This document shows positions 40,601 to 55,787 of a stretch of DNA of 64,000 nucleotides, piece after piece. The position numbers and the translations under genes were made by a program. Location: assembly GCA_003344405.1 (NCBI GenBank), contig NOWV01000123.1, positions 1 through 64,000 of the forward strand, in the 5' to 3' direction. This stretch comes from Trichoplax sp. H2 (lineage: Eukaryota). Positions within the stretch are counted from its first letter, which is position 1; the number at the start of each line of letters is the position of its first letter. The notes below the pieces were generated by a model. It was not told where the DNA came from and searched no databases. It saw only the letters and a list, made by a program, of their open reading frames with translations.

Positions 40601-42421
40601 CTAAAGATAGCAAAAGATGTTTACCATCATCGCAGCACCATTAATGTTGAATCACATTTAAATATCTAATGGCTAAGACCGGCCTAATCATAAATATTTC
40701 ATAAAAAGGATTTTTTTTCGTGACTCTTTTACTTAGAAATTAATATTTTAATAAATCTATCATTAAATCACTTTCTTCTGCGGTTTGCGTATTATAATAT
40801 TGGCAAAATAACTTGTATGTTAAAAGACTTAAAATAACATGGACTATAAATGTTCTTCATCCCATTTTAAGTAATCTGTACATAAAAATAAACTATGGCA
40901 AAAGTAATCATTACTATGTAATTCAAAAACAAATTATAATCGTTCAAGCCAAAATATCCGTAAGAAAAGACTAACGCTCCAAGATTCCCTTCACCCATCC
41001 AGTAAGGTATCGTAAAGACCTCTAGCTACTCTTTATCTTATCCAATCGACAGAGTATTCATAATTAAAGGCCGTCAAGACGATTATGAGCACAATACTTA
41101 GTAATGCTATAGCCTTTATAAATTTTAAAACCCATTAAAACCCGAAACTATGCCTTTTAAATTATGTATTCGGCAGCCTTCTTCTATACGGTTCTACGGT
41201 TACAACACTCTTCAATGCATGTTATAAGGTATTATTTCTCGTTCGTTGGCAGTACATACAGTGTATATTTGATATCTTGTAAAAGTTTGAAGCAATAGCG
41301 ATATAACTTAATAAAGGAAATGGATTAATTATAGTCCTATGGACGTATTATCGGACTTTTACACTGATTTTAGAAATCATCAATATTTATGTGAAGATTA
41401 ATATTAGAAAATGACTAACCTTTTCGTCGGGACCGATTATGTATGTCAAATTAGCTTTTGGAAGCTCAGTAGTAACACCGTGATCTAAGCATAAATCAAA
41501 TGTGCCAATTTTTAATGATTTCTTCCTAGATAGCATGGCAGCCCTTAAATCATCGTCGAGAGTTGGATCATTTGCTTTCAGCCTAGCCCAAGCTTGATTA
41601 GAATCTTGATAAGTTACTTTATCGCCATTACTAGAATCGCGATCGTTACCGTTATGATTACCGGCATCTAACAAATATCATGAACATAATTGCTGTATTA
41701 GTTTTACCATTTTTCTCATTAAAGTATCTTATCCGCGTTACAAATTTACCAAATATCTCGGCAATTATTTTAAATTATACCGCTATAGAAACTATTTAAA
41801 CGTGATATATTAATTACATCGTTTCCATCAGCGAAATAGATCATTCAGATTTCAAGTTATTAAACAACTTTTAATATTTAAATCGTTACTGGTACGACTC
41901 AAAGTATTTACGAATATCGTCATCTACAAGTAATATTATTATTTCTATTGCCATCGGCATCAAGGCGTCAAGTGCAAATTATCAAACATCTCTCTATTTC
42001 AATTAGTATTACTAGAAAAGCTCTCGTATATTAGATTAGTGTTACTAATTTTCTTATCACCATAAATCATAAATTTCGCAAATTATTAAATATCTATATG
42101 ACACTTTCCAGCTATGCAGTAAGAATTTTTTATATAGATCACCCCAGCTTGTTTTTATCGTCATTAAAGATGATCAAACTCATAAGCAATAACAACATTT
42201 CGAAATGTAGTATTAACAGCAAGGCAGCCAAAATTGTTACATAACTTGCCTTGATGAATATTCTCATCACGATGAGGTAAATGATCGTTATTTTCTTTGT
42301 CTTCTTCGCCATTGACTGGTAATTTACGATGAGATCCGCTATTCTTCATATTGTTGGTCGCAACTGCAGTAGTAGCAGCCTGTACCATTTTATTGCGATT
42401 ACGACCAAAAACTATTCCCAT
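34657..42421 (-). CDS. PHF24: PHD finger and EF-hand protein, PHF24 (KIAA1045/GINIP)-like
   Basis: Exons 42421-42250 (MGIVFGR...), 41667-41420 (AWARLK), 36883-36695 (CAVC...LYPCRICTRVYHEQCL...WSCPKC), EF-hand exons 36544-35523 (LDIDQDSTVTLEEY, MDKNSSGTLDWWEF, REVERARDAF, IDLDKDGVIT) and last exon 34738-34657 (LTWDEYLLDNALYFISCRPN...). These are collinear with PHF24 motifs as recalled (AWERLR, PCRVCTRVFHDGCL, ERERARAAF, LYILAARPN). Confidence 0.88.
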
Positions 42422-45400
42422 CTTTATGTTCAATCGACTTACAACTAGAATGATGAGCTGCAATTACTGTATAAATTAGTATATCAAAAAGTACTCTAAA
42501 TCAATGGATTTTGAAATCGAAAAGAGTTAATCCAAGTGAAAAGCAGGAAGTTAAATCTGAGGGTGTTCTTTTCAATATTTAAAAATATCAGCGGGACAAT
42601 AACCTAGTTATTGAAAAATAAAAAAAAATTGATATCAACATCTTGTCAATGAAGCATTTTTCCCCTATTCTTTCATGGCAAATAAAATATAAAATATTTT
42701 CATTCCATTCACAACATCATTGTGTGTTTGCGCAGTAACTACATTTTTGGGTGTCTACTTGTAACTAATACCGTAGTAATTTATGCTCTTATATAGAGTT
42801 AGAAGTCAATTCATTACATTATTTCAGGATAAAACCATTAGTAAATAGACTAGGTCGAATATTCGCCTAGCCTATATTACTCTACATGCCTGTATTACTT
42901 TTGAGAAGAATAGACGGCAAATGTCAGACGCAGTTAATACCATTTAAAATGCTATCGATCAAAGTCATGAAAATTATTCACACATCGCACCGACTATAAC
43001 TAGAAATACAGTATACTATTGACGATTATAAAAGAAAAATTATAACTTGATTAAAGTACAAACTAATTATTTAGTTTTCAGATATCAAGTTTACACGTAA
43101 TACTAGACAAATCGATTGTTTCAAATAGAATTGTAAATGCCTGATTATCGTCATAGCACTGTACTGTATTTACAAAGTCTAATATCTGTTGAACGATGAA
43201 AATTCGTTTTACATTTTAAGTAATTACAGTAATATTGCAGCGTAATGTATCCGAAATGCTCGTCAACATATATATGATGTCATGGTAATGATAGCTGATT
43301 AAATAATTTATTAAATCTGTATTGATACTCAGTTCAGTAATAAATAGCAGAGGAGTTTATAAGATGGATAAATTAATAATTTATGTGCTCCATGTTGAAT
43401 TTTCAGTAAATGTTTCAAATAGGCATGAAAAAATTATAGGAATATAGCAATTAATCTATACAAATTTTTCATTATAATTGAAATTTACACACAGGAGGAT
43501 TATATAAATAAATATACTAATGTTATTGGAATAAAAATATTATTTGAGTAAAATTTCTTTAAGACGGTAAAATAAACGTTGTAAAAATTGGGGGAATATT
43601 ATAGGTTAAATAAAATCCTATATTATACTGCTACAAGTTTATAATAATGAGTAAGAGAGCCTTTGAACTATAGTAATTAGCTAGCATGAATTTTCCTCTA
43701 AAGTTGAGAACAGAAGGAGGATTATACAAGAAAACAATAAGGCAAATCAAATCCTATTTAAGGTATGTAACAAATATGTAGCAGACGTGAGAAAATTATT
43801 AAAGTCGAAATGCCGTCATTAATTCAAGCAGATTTCCAGTAACACAATTAATTGACGTAGAAAGATTTAGGGATACAGTAAGCTCAACCTAATCATATTC
43901 ATAATATACCAGTCGGCAATAATGATACCATATTAATGACATCCGATTTAATGGTCTATTTTAACTCTTGTAGAATTTGTGTTCAAGTAATAAATAGATA
44001 AGAAAGTACTACTCCAATACTGCAAAATGAAATCAAAAATTACTTAATTTATAAAAATTATAAATTGTGATTGAATCTAATTTCAAAAGTGTATAATCAT
44101 GAACGTTCAAATACGGCTACAGTATGTTATTTCTCACTCAGAATACGTTTCTTAAAATATAATAAAATGCGTATACTATATATATGCAAGCTATTTACAT
44201 ATATTTATTATAATTAAATGACACTAATACTTACCGTAGGTAAAATGTCCTGTCTTCAATAACTAATAATTAAGAAGAAAATTATGCTATACTATTTCTG
44301 GTATAAATAGACTAATCCTATAATACTAACGTTTTTCCATTACTGTGTATCTATGGATTTGTAGGATATTGTATCAATGTAATGTCAGCATTTTATGATC
44401 TATTGCGCTATACAATAATAATATTACTTGCAAGTACTTTATCTAAATTATACATAACAGTCGAAGAGGAGAATGTAGTATGTAAGGCTATAAACTGAGA
44501 CATAATTATTGTTAGCACAACTTGAAACTTTTACACACCTATAAACGATGCTGTTACGAAGGACAGCTCTCCTAATAAAACACAGGATTAGAGAAATTCT
44601 GAGTTGTTTTCTCGCTACCCTAACAGTAATACTGCATTTAGCGATTATTAATCTACTCAATTCTGAATGATTAATCTATTTCAAAGCCATGGTCTATTGC
44701 ATGATTGATTTTTATTAGCAGTACATAATATCTGCAATTATATTACTAAATAACTTACGTCACTTATGTATTTATCCAAAATTTACTATCAAGATATTAA
44801 GACTGGATGCGCCTTCAAAGCTACAATAAACTAATTATTTTTCTTTTCTTACAGCTAAAATTAGTCGTATTTAGAAGACTGCAAGTTTCGTCATCCTCAT
44901 GATATGTCACTGCAATTTCTTTAAATGATAAAATGGGAAGAATAAAATAAAATAATTCCCTTAATAACGACTGAAATAGTCAGCAAAATATCGTAATAAT
45001 AACATATTGGCAAGGTCTAAAAAATTTTATATTATTTAAATTCTTCGATAATTGTACCGTAACTAACTTTGTTCCTTTAAGTATCTTGCGAAAATTAGCT
45101 ATGTTATTTTATTCACAAAACTATACACATAAAGCCAAGCAGGTGTTATTTTTAATATTAAGGGTCATTAAATGAATAATTAAACTATTCTACTAGCAAA
45201 TGCTCTAAAGTGAATAGAATATGAGACTATACACGAATTATAATGACAACTGACATCATAGTCTTTATTCCAATAAAATAGACATCCTTACTACCTAAAT
45301 TTAATCGTCAATGATGTTATTTTGATATGATATTTCTATTTTATTATGCCAATCAGTGTCATCTGTGATATTTATTTTTAGTTTTGTTTTCAACTTTCAC

Positions 45401-48400
45401 CTAGCTACGATATTGATGAATGACTCGAATTTTTGAGCGATAAACTCTAATTTCAGATAGAATATCATTTTATAATTGCCTCAAAAGAGAATTGTTTATA
45501 AAAATCGTCTTAAAGTAAAAATATTGTCAACTCCTAAAATGACAGCTATAAATCCTAAAATGCTCATAATATTAAGTTTAATAGCGATTGTGAAAGTTTA
45601 TTTTATTCATTGGTCTGATTTCCTTCTTAATTAACATATAAAAAGAATTAAAATAACACCGTTTCTGCAGGTATTCTAGATTTAGGAGAAAATTTCTAAT
45701 CCTTCGAAAATGAAAGCTGAATGCTAAGAAATCAGCTTAATAAATTTGATTTTAATTATGAAACTTCAATCTAATATGTCCATTACAGTTCTGTAATTGT
45801 AAAGTAGTAAAGTGAGATCGTTAAATCGATTTTACTCGTATTTTAGATTATTAAACAGAAATTATTCTGTCCCGATAGGCAAAGCTAAAAAGTAAATAGC
45901 TATTTAATTAAACTCAAATTGGTTACAAGGCTTCATTCAATATGCTGCCTTGTTTTTCTTTCCAATTCCATAATACAAAAGAGTAACATAAGATTGACGC
46001 TATCGTGCATAACTGTGCTATTCACTGTGTCTGAATGATTTGGCTACCAAGATATACGATAAAAATCTTTCATTCCAAACGAAAAGTATTTTTAAAATAG
46101 TACAGCAATAGTCTAATTATGTAGAAAATTTCCGTAGTGAATGCTGTTGACAGATAAAAATAATATCAAATTATTTCACATACAATTTCTAACTAGTTCA
46201 ATTAATACTATAGGGTAATTCAGTCTATTACTTGGTAATAACTCTACGCATGAAATTTTCTTTGATAATGAATTAATAATTATTGTAATTTAGTTCCTCT
46301 TAACATTTACTGTTTTCGGATATCATAAAGAACGAATTAATATTCAGTGGCTGCTGCAAATAGTTATCCAACAACAATCTTAACTGAAGCAAATTACAGT
46401 TTTACATAACAATCCAATATCAATGTTTAATGTAATAGTCCGACCTTAACCTTACCCAATACTAAATTAAGCGTTATTATCTTCATACTAATGAAATTTT
46501 TAAAGATTTCTCTTAAGCATTGCAAGCGGATATTTTATCTGGCTTAATTAATCTTACCGGAAAATAAAGATATTTCATTATCCTTATCCTAATTATTTTG
46601 GACAATATAATTATGGATGTAAATGGTTTGGACTTTATTCTTTGATTTTAAAATCTTTAGACTTATATTATTGTTATAGGAATAGGCTATTACGCTTTCG
46701 TGAATTATTTTAGGTTAATATGGAATATAAAATGAGCAGTTTGAACTTGAAAAATTTTCTTGGTACATGATAGAGCTGCGTAGAACCACAGTCTTATTAC
46801 GTCTATGCAAAACTACAGAGTAGTTTATAAACTAAAGGGTATGCTTAGGAAGATCAAGAAATATTATCGCCATCGAGTTCTTGCAACTATATGAAACCAA
46901 TCACAGCTTCTATGATCGGATATTGAATTTTTACGAATTAATAATGTTATCATCTTACTTTTTAGCTATATAAATAATGGTCACCTTACAGAATTAGACT
47001 GACAAATTTTAAAGAATTTATACCACGATTGTTAGTTACACTACCAACATGATATAAAACAGATAGCTAGCTTGAAAATTTAGAACTTAATGAAGGGTAA
47101 TACGTGTGCATTGTACAGTATACTGTTCCGACTATGAAATATAGTGACGAGCTTACAAAATCGGACGGTGAAATTTTCTGGAGTAAACAGTATTATCGTT
47201 GATGTATTAGACTAGGCAAATCTAATAAGTATCGTATAAAATCAGAGCGCGAACTTCAAGTGCTCGGAGAACAATAAGCCGCAATATTATATCCATACAG
47301 AATTAATAGTTAGTTCATAAATTAGAAAGACAGTGAATTTTAAGGATCGACAGTGCTAGTCTTGCACATTATGGTCATATACTCCCAGAAATCAATAAAT
47401 GAGAGTTAGATAGAGATGTTTAAGACTAATGATTATTTTTTTTAAATTCATATGGTACGGTATGAGATTTAAGGAATAAAGCTACTATTTCTGCGATGCT
47501 GTAACTACGTAACGTCAATAGCTAGCTAACAAAATCAAAAGTGAAGAATTTTAATGGATTAAAGGACTCGAATACTATTACGGCAACTATGTACGAGTCG
47601 TAAAATCTACTGACAGCTTATAAGATCAATTAGTTATCACTTAATCACTGATAAACCTGCTATTACATTTCAATATAGAGAAAGGCATTTTAGGACGTAT
47701 AAATTCATTCTGAATGTATACAAACTAGCGTAAGGACATGAAAGAGACTATACCCATCAGTTGTATGTCCAACTTCTAAATGTGAATCTGAACGATTTTC
47801 AAAGTAGTGTACCGGGGTAGACTGAATTTATTAATTTATTTGTATCCCATGTGTACATAATTTATTACTTCTTTGATTGTGATGATCCATAATATTGGAT
47901 GCCGTTATTTTAATATCATACTTCACTTTCCTAAATTCCAAGTAGTCTATCTGCTTTGATTAGTTAATTTAAGTATTAAGGCATTCAGAGAAGCAAAATA
48001 AACAGCAGAGAATAGAATAAACTATAGCACTGTCTGTATTATGTTTAAATGGCTAAAAATTATCACTAGCAATGCTATTAATTTCGATCAGCTACCTAAG
48101 ATGTAATTAATAGCTGAGTGAATTACGTGCAAATCAACCTCATCAAGGTTATGAATAGAAATTAATCATTTTTTTAATTTATAATTTATAATATTTTCAT
48201 GTAATTGAGTAATAAATATATTGTAGTAAAAAGTAATTGATCAATTTTCTTCAATCATATTATGATAAAGAAATAAAGCCTGAACCGGTACTAGAAAAAT
48301 TCAGAATATGCTTTATCAAATGAATATAATATGTTATGTATACTGTATATGTCATAAAACATTTTAACTCCATGATTGTTTAGCAGTTTCAGTTGATTTT

Positions 48401-49406
48401 GTGTCATTTCAAATTCTGGACAAGTTAAGAGTATTAGTAGGTACTGGATTCTTGGTTCCCCACTAGACTTTCTAGGAAAATTACTTGAATAAAATCTTGT
48501 AAGTCCATCTCCTGGGACATCTAATTCAATAAATAGCACTAAGGTACGAAATTGAAAAGATGTCTGCTACAGTGAGTTACTACTTAATAAAGCAGACACT
48601 ATCATAAATTTCGTACTTTAGTGTTATAATTTGATAAATTATATAAATGATATTACAACATTTATGATTTAATATGATGGTATTTGACCAAGTAAACATG
48701 CCTGTTGTCAAATCTAAGTTTATAAATGGGTATATCTTATGCTTTATTTATGCCACGTACCGGCTATCTAAATAATAGCACTTGTGATACGGATACTTCG
48801 AAATGAAATAATTAAGAGAAGTAATAGCTTTTCATTTTTAATCACATCGTATCATAATTATAATAAGTCTGCTAGCGAATTCATGATTGTCTAAAAAACA
48901 CCAAGAGCAATTCTAAACAATGAAATAGTAGATTACGCATAAGGTATATTAGCTAGGCGTTTCTAAATAAGCCTATAACGTTTACCTTGTAATCAAGATA
49001 ACGTTATCAAAATCGATGAGTTTATACATTTTATTAATGAAGATATAATGCTAATATCACGAAAAATCTGACAATGTAATTTCACATTACGATAATAATT
49101 TACCCAATATTATTTCACCCTTAAAATCATACGTGTAAAAGTATATGATTGTGCTCTGTATAAGTAATTCTAGCTTGAATAAAATATTTGCAATACTATA
49201 AATGTATATAATCCTTTAATATGCTAAATGTGCTGGTATAATTTGAAAGCCTTTTTTTCTCGTAAAGTATCATAAGGTAATCGAATAATATGAGATATAT
49301 TGCATTATTACATAGTACATTATTAATTTAATCTACGAAATCTCAGTTTAAATTTCGCATCGATTCCTCCACTTATTTTCAGATAGTTAGCATTTAAATA
49401 TATAGT

Positions 49407-50036
49407 TGTGACAGTGTTATATACTGTATTACAGTAGAAATATCTATGTTAGGATAATTCTGTTAGCCTATTCTTATTTACTTAACTTTTAATTTGGATA
49501 TACTGTGTTTTTATATAGCACTGACTTTTTATGACAGTGACACATATACGCATACTGAAATTAATAGTTATAATAGGGAATGCAAATCATCTACTTACAG
49601 TTCGAATCATTGTGATTGTAATTTACTTATGGTAGATTGTAAATTATCGTGGAAATGTTCCGTGATAGGACATATCGTAATCTGCCTATTCTGTATTAGT
49701 TATCAGATATCTATTTTCTTAATTACTGTTGTCTGCATTAAGGGAGCAGTAGCTAAAATTAATATCTAATTCAGTGAATGATTCCAAAGTTAATCGTACT
49801 AACTATGACTCATGAACTATTGAGGAAGAGGATATAAATGCAGTATATCATGTAATAAAGTCGATTCTTAAATTTGGTGCTTAACCTTAAATTCGAGGCG
49901 TCTAAGTCTTTGTGTAGTCTGCTAGTAAAGCAAAAGTGTTTCTGATAGAGCAGATATCGTTCCTTGATACGTGGTTCAAGGAATTGACTTATTGATCGTA
50001 CATTACGTTATCTTGCTGCAGAGCTGTTTTGTGACA
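49407..50036 (+). mobile_element. Solo-LTR-like element, family A (630 bp)
   Basis: Termini tgtgac...gtgaca; perfect 5-bp TSD ATAGT (49402-49406, 50037-50041); TATAAA at 49833, AATAAA at 49854. Confidence 0.92.
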
Positions 50037-53000
50037 ATAGTCAACCATTTAAATTCATAGCCACTATTCTTCTATCACAACAGTTAACTATTATCCGTCA
50101 TTTGACTGTTTGTTAACTCTGGCATCCACCCATGAAAGTCAAACGAACTCGTAAATATCACTAAATCGAATTTCACTTCAGATTTTAACAACGATTAGGA
50201 ATCATTATTGCAACTATGTGATTTTTATTATCATTAACAGAAGCTTTCAACTTTAATTATAGTTATGATACTCGTATTGATTGTCACTAATAATTTCTTG
50301 AAGTATCTCGAAAAAATCTATGCTATAATAAATAAAGTACTATCTACCAACATAGGCTTAGGCGAAGACATAAATAAATTCTCCAAAAATGCCTAAACTA
50401 TATAGCAACCATTATACTATCCAAACAAAGACTCACAGTATCTTTTATGCTGGAATAGTTTATGATAGCAGGCCTTCCATATAATGTGATTTGGTTATTT
50501 CTCATGTCTTATGCCTCGCTCTATCATATTGCTCATTGACTATTTCAATGAATGACTGATACAATAAATAACGTACAAATACCGGATATGCGGCATATAG
50601 CTGCGAGGGCAATTTCGGCCGCGGAAACATACTTGAAATAGTTGATTTAAAAGTAGCAGTTAACGGCATTGTCTCCTACTTTGCCCAACAGTAGAGGTAT
50701 TTTAAATTTTTGGTAAGATAATATTTGGTAAACGTTAGGAAAAATCTTAGATATAATATATTAGCTATATCGGTTCAACAGATTTCTAAAGCTATTATGA
50801 CCTTGTCGAATAAGTGATATTTATTACTGCACTTTTAATTTTACCGGTATCTTAGCTAGGATGTAAGGGTAACCGAATTATAATAAAATCTAATTAGTTC
50901 AATGAATGTATATCTTGTTATTACCAATGATGATGAAGTTATCGCAGAAATTTAATTTGATAACTCTAAGTTGGAATGCTATTTTGGGTTGTCATCTTAC
51001 AGAAAATAACTAGAAATTTGATAACTCTATCTAATATGTTATATTAGAAGGTATATTTAATGCTTATTGCTAGTCTAAACTTACCTTCAGAATAGTAAAT
51101 AATCAACTGGAAATATTGTAAATCATTGCTATTGCTAAATTACTAACAGCAACATTTTTAACGACTTTTCTTGTAATAAGAATAAAACTGTATGATAAAG
51201 CGAGACTTATTTAGAGATTACAAAGAATTGAAAATTTAATAAGCTGACTGAGGAATCAGGTTATTTTTAACATATTTCTATTTCTTTTCTAACAGTAGAT
51301 AAAATTTGACAGCGCCTCTATATTTGAGCAATATTGCATTTACGTATAAACATGTAAATATACAAATATTATATTTAAGGAAACTTAAAACCAATGAGGA
51401 GAATATATTCACAGCTCAAATACAACGTTAATAAAACTTCAGTAATAATTGACCTATGCCGCTCGGGAAAATGTTGTATGATTAAATGTTTGGTTGCTAT
51501 GTACAAATTGAACATAACTAATTAATTAATCCTACCTTCGCTAGGTCTTAGTATTTGTATGACCTGTATAAAATGTGTCTGAATGTAATTGGAATAGTGA
51601 TCTTTCAACCAGTATCATCGGTTTTTTAACTAGATTTGTGTAAATTTTGTTGTAGATATCAAATTGAAAAATGGTCATGATAAACAACCTCTGATAGGGC
51701 AAATAGTCGTCATACGATGTCAAATGTATGTGGAAATAGTGAATAAAAATCGTGAAAAGCAGTTTTAAGAGATTTTCATTAAAAATAGTCTGATAGTTTT
51801 TTGAAATCAAAAAAGTAACTAACATTTTTAAGTGCTACAATAATTAAAAGTAAAGATAAGATTAATCTATCCCATTTCGTGTATGGAAGTAGATAAAACG
51901 ATAATAATGGCGATATTCGACGCTAGTAGAACAAAAATTTATTCCGATAGTCGAATATGAGTATTTGCGTATAGTAATTTATTAATCGTATCAGCATGCA
52001 AATTTTATATTATCAAATACCTTTTTGACGTGGGAAACATACGCGAGAAAAGTGTATAACGTCTCGTGTGTTATTAGTATCCATAAAATGTGATATAATT
52101 CAATTTTTCATTAAATAGCCACGATCAAATTAGCTTACGAGTATAGCAGATGGAAATGATTTTCTATTTAAAGTATGCTTTATAGCAATATGAGTACTAC
52201 AGTATTTTCATCTAAAGCATGGACGTTAGGCTGCCTTTCACTTTGTTACGCATTTATAAACTACCAAGGTACCGGTACATTATATGATGTATCATGTATG
52301 AAAACTTCCATTTCAGTTAGGGAAATAAAGTCAGCTTAGAATTTTCGTTACCAAAATCAAAACTTACAAAGTTGAACTCTTTGACAAATTTAGTGAATTA
52401 AATATGTGTTTTGATAATATTTTATATTATTGAGCTTACCACTTTTGAAGTTTTCTCCTTTATATGAGGTATTCGACTTGAAATAGAAAGAAAATTTAAA
52501 ATTCTAATACGGTAATGATTTAATCAGATTTTATTTCTTGAATTTTTATTTATCTTTTTAACCACCAAATAGAAATTGGAATAAAATGAAGAATGATAGC
52601 CACAAAACTCCACTCGGGCTATGTCAATATATCGGATACCCTTTAGGCTATCATAGTTAGCAAAGTAGAAAAGTGGCAAATAGAATCGTCAATACAACGT
52701 ATTAGGATGCCTAAGATGACATAATATTAAAGTATGTAATCAATAACATAAAAGCAAGGAGTTTTATTCGCCTTTAATCAATTGAATAAACTGAAAAACA
52801 AATAGCGCTACCTAGATTATAATGTAGCAAGTAGACGCTGAATCTACGTATCATGGATGAAGATATATAATGTTTTGTATTGATCAGCATCTACAACTAC
52901 TGTAAAGACTAGAATAGCTAATAGATTGTTAGTATACCTTTTTGAAATCGAATTGTACTACAGTATAGGGACTGAATGGATTGCCTATGGCTATAGCATG

Positions 53001-55787
53001 TAGAGTAATAGTAAAGGAAAAAGAAGAAGGAAGGGAGGGAGGGAGGGATAAACGGGCGAAGACAAATAAAAAATGCTGTAGTATTAAACGATGAAATAAA
53101 GTTTATTTTTGCTATTTATTAGGGTTTTTATTTTAAGTGACTGTAAATTTGTGAAGATGTCTCATCCCAAGTATATTTCTACTGTTAATTGTACATAAGT
53201 TTTTAGGAAGTCTGAAATCTAATTTATTACGCTATATTTTACTTACCAATAGATGACATGGCTAGCAAAAAAAGGTCTGATGGGAAATGTACCCCTAGCT
53301 AACACTTCGCGTTTTTCATCAAGCAAACTACACTGCTATTGTTTCAGAAAAGAAACGATTAATTAACGCTAGCAGTCAATTACCTTATTTGCTGTCTGTT
53401 GTTATTTTAGGCAGCATCGATGGCTCATGAAACAATATACACAAGGTAGAATCAAGTAACTGATCTTTATTGTATAGTAGGCATTGATGGTGTCTCAGTA
53501 TCGTAATATCAATGACTTGTATGTGTATTGTTAGCTTAGTAGCAGAGACTACAGGGCAGTTCCATTCAGTAGATACTAGGGAAGATATAAATGGAACATA
53601 AATGGTATTGTTACTTAGAAAGTAGAAATGGAAGAGAATAATTGCCTTGTTGTTATGTTTTCTTCGCTGAAGGCAATATTTTAATTTTCGAATACATGAT
53701 GTTTTAAATACCTTAACGTAACAGAAGAACAATAGTAAGAAATGGAGAAAAGCTGTGAAAAAATTGCCTTTACCTAACTTCAATTGTTCATATCTTAATG
53801 AAGAGAACTATAGAAATAAAATCTTGCATAATACTTACAAACTATTTTGCTTGAAAGGTTGAATCAAATCTATAACAATAGTTATTCTTTAGTTTGCAAA
53901 TACAAGTCCTGTGATGTGGGGTCTGTTTCTATTTACCTCTATTTCTTTATTCTTCATATTTTTTTCTTTACTTTTTAAATTTTTTCTAAAAGGAGACTTA
54001 GCCTAAAAGTGAACGTTGATCAATGAGTTCTGACTGATTTTATAAAATCTATTAGTCTAAAATTACTATTGTTTTTTTCAGTAGATTGCATACTTCTATC
54101 AAATTTATTTTAAACATTATTACACCAATTCTATTACAAGAAACGTACATATGAAATGCTGGAATATTTATTAATTCTATCATTACTAATTAATCACTTA
54201 TGATGTAGCAGTCTAGTACTGTGATGCTAATAAAATGAAGATAATCTGCCAATGCACAGCATATAGCATCATGTTCACATGCTATATATATTTATATTTA
54301 TTAACATACTGTATATGTATATGTAGTTCTTTCCTTGCAACTTATCTATCTATAGATCAGTTCATTAATATCTAATAAGCAGTTGGTAATGTCACCCATA
54401 ATTTATATTCTTATTATTATTTTATTGCATTTTTCGGTAATCACAAAAGATCCTTACAATAAAGATATATATGTTACGGCGAATGTCATGCTGGAATGCC
54501 ACTGAGTTAGCGAATGTATGTAATCTGATCAACATTATTGCAGTTACTTGCTACTTTCTTACGCATAGAAATAGCTTAATTAATGATCTCTCATAAGCTG
54601 GACTCTACCACTAGATAATTCTTAATCAAACCCACTTAGACATACATATTAATCTTATGCCTAAACTGGTATATTGTAAATCTATGCGACTTTTTGATAA
54701 TTTTTTTAAGGTTAAATAAAGATTTATAGTAATTAAACTTGCAGATGGCACCTAGTATTATTTTAAAGGTGCCAGGGAGGTTTGCAGTAGGTCGTTGTTA
54801 TAAGTCTTATAGTAACACGTCTGTTGCTATAGTAAATTTATCTCCATTAGCTGTTCTTTTAGTATGGTGTTGTATAGGAGGCCGCCTTCGGGTATTTTTA
54901 ATGTACTATCATATGACAGATCACCAAGCTATCTGTTATCTACGGTAAGCTTGATCCAAAATAGTAAATAAAATTCTGTGAAATGTTATAGTCATCAATT
55001 TAATAACACGGTATCACTACTCAAATGTGATTCGCGATATGCTAATCCAAACTGTCTGAAAGTCTGTAAAGTTTATTGTGCAATATGAAATTTTAACGAT
55101 TGGTTGTCTCTGTTAACGATCATCCTATTATCTTCCGTTATGTTTCAGCTTTTTGTACAAACTATTATTACCAACAGGCGTTGCCACTCACTAGAGAATC
55201 CCGCAAGAAGCATATACTTCGCCAAATTCAATACAACGCTCATGTACAATATACTACTATATTTATGTAAAATATGTGTTTCCTTTACTGTTATCCTGTA
55301 CTTAAATATTATCAGTCTACTCATATATTATACGAATATTTCAAGTACTAAGTCAACTGTTTACTCTACAATATATGCAGATAAGTTAGTGTTTCTATTA
55401 TTTATGCAAGAAGATTCGATACAAAAATAAATAATATTTATTTGCACAATAATGTTAAAGAAAAACATATAATTATAGATACATTGCATTAGGTTGATGA
55501 AACACAGGAATTCCAGTAACTTTTAGTTGATATTAATAAACAAGGCAGAACTGTTAATATTAGGTATTACTGTATACCAGTATATGGCTGTTCATATAAA
55601 ATGTATCATGACTATAAAATTAAATTAAAGCGCGTCGTCAACAGCAGTTATTATGTTTCGGAAAGTTTAGGGTCCGTCATATTTGCAATTACGCTACCAG
55701 AGTCAAATTAGCAGAGAAGTAGAGTTTATTGGAATTAGTGAAAGAGGAAAACCGTGTGAGGTTACAGTGTGTACAATGAGGTAACTA

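Noticed and set aside
53385-53783. 132-aa minus-strand ORF
   Set aside because: Composition is typical of AT-rich non-coding DNA, with no motif and no phase-consistent neighbouring exons.
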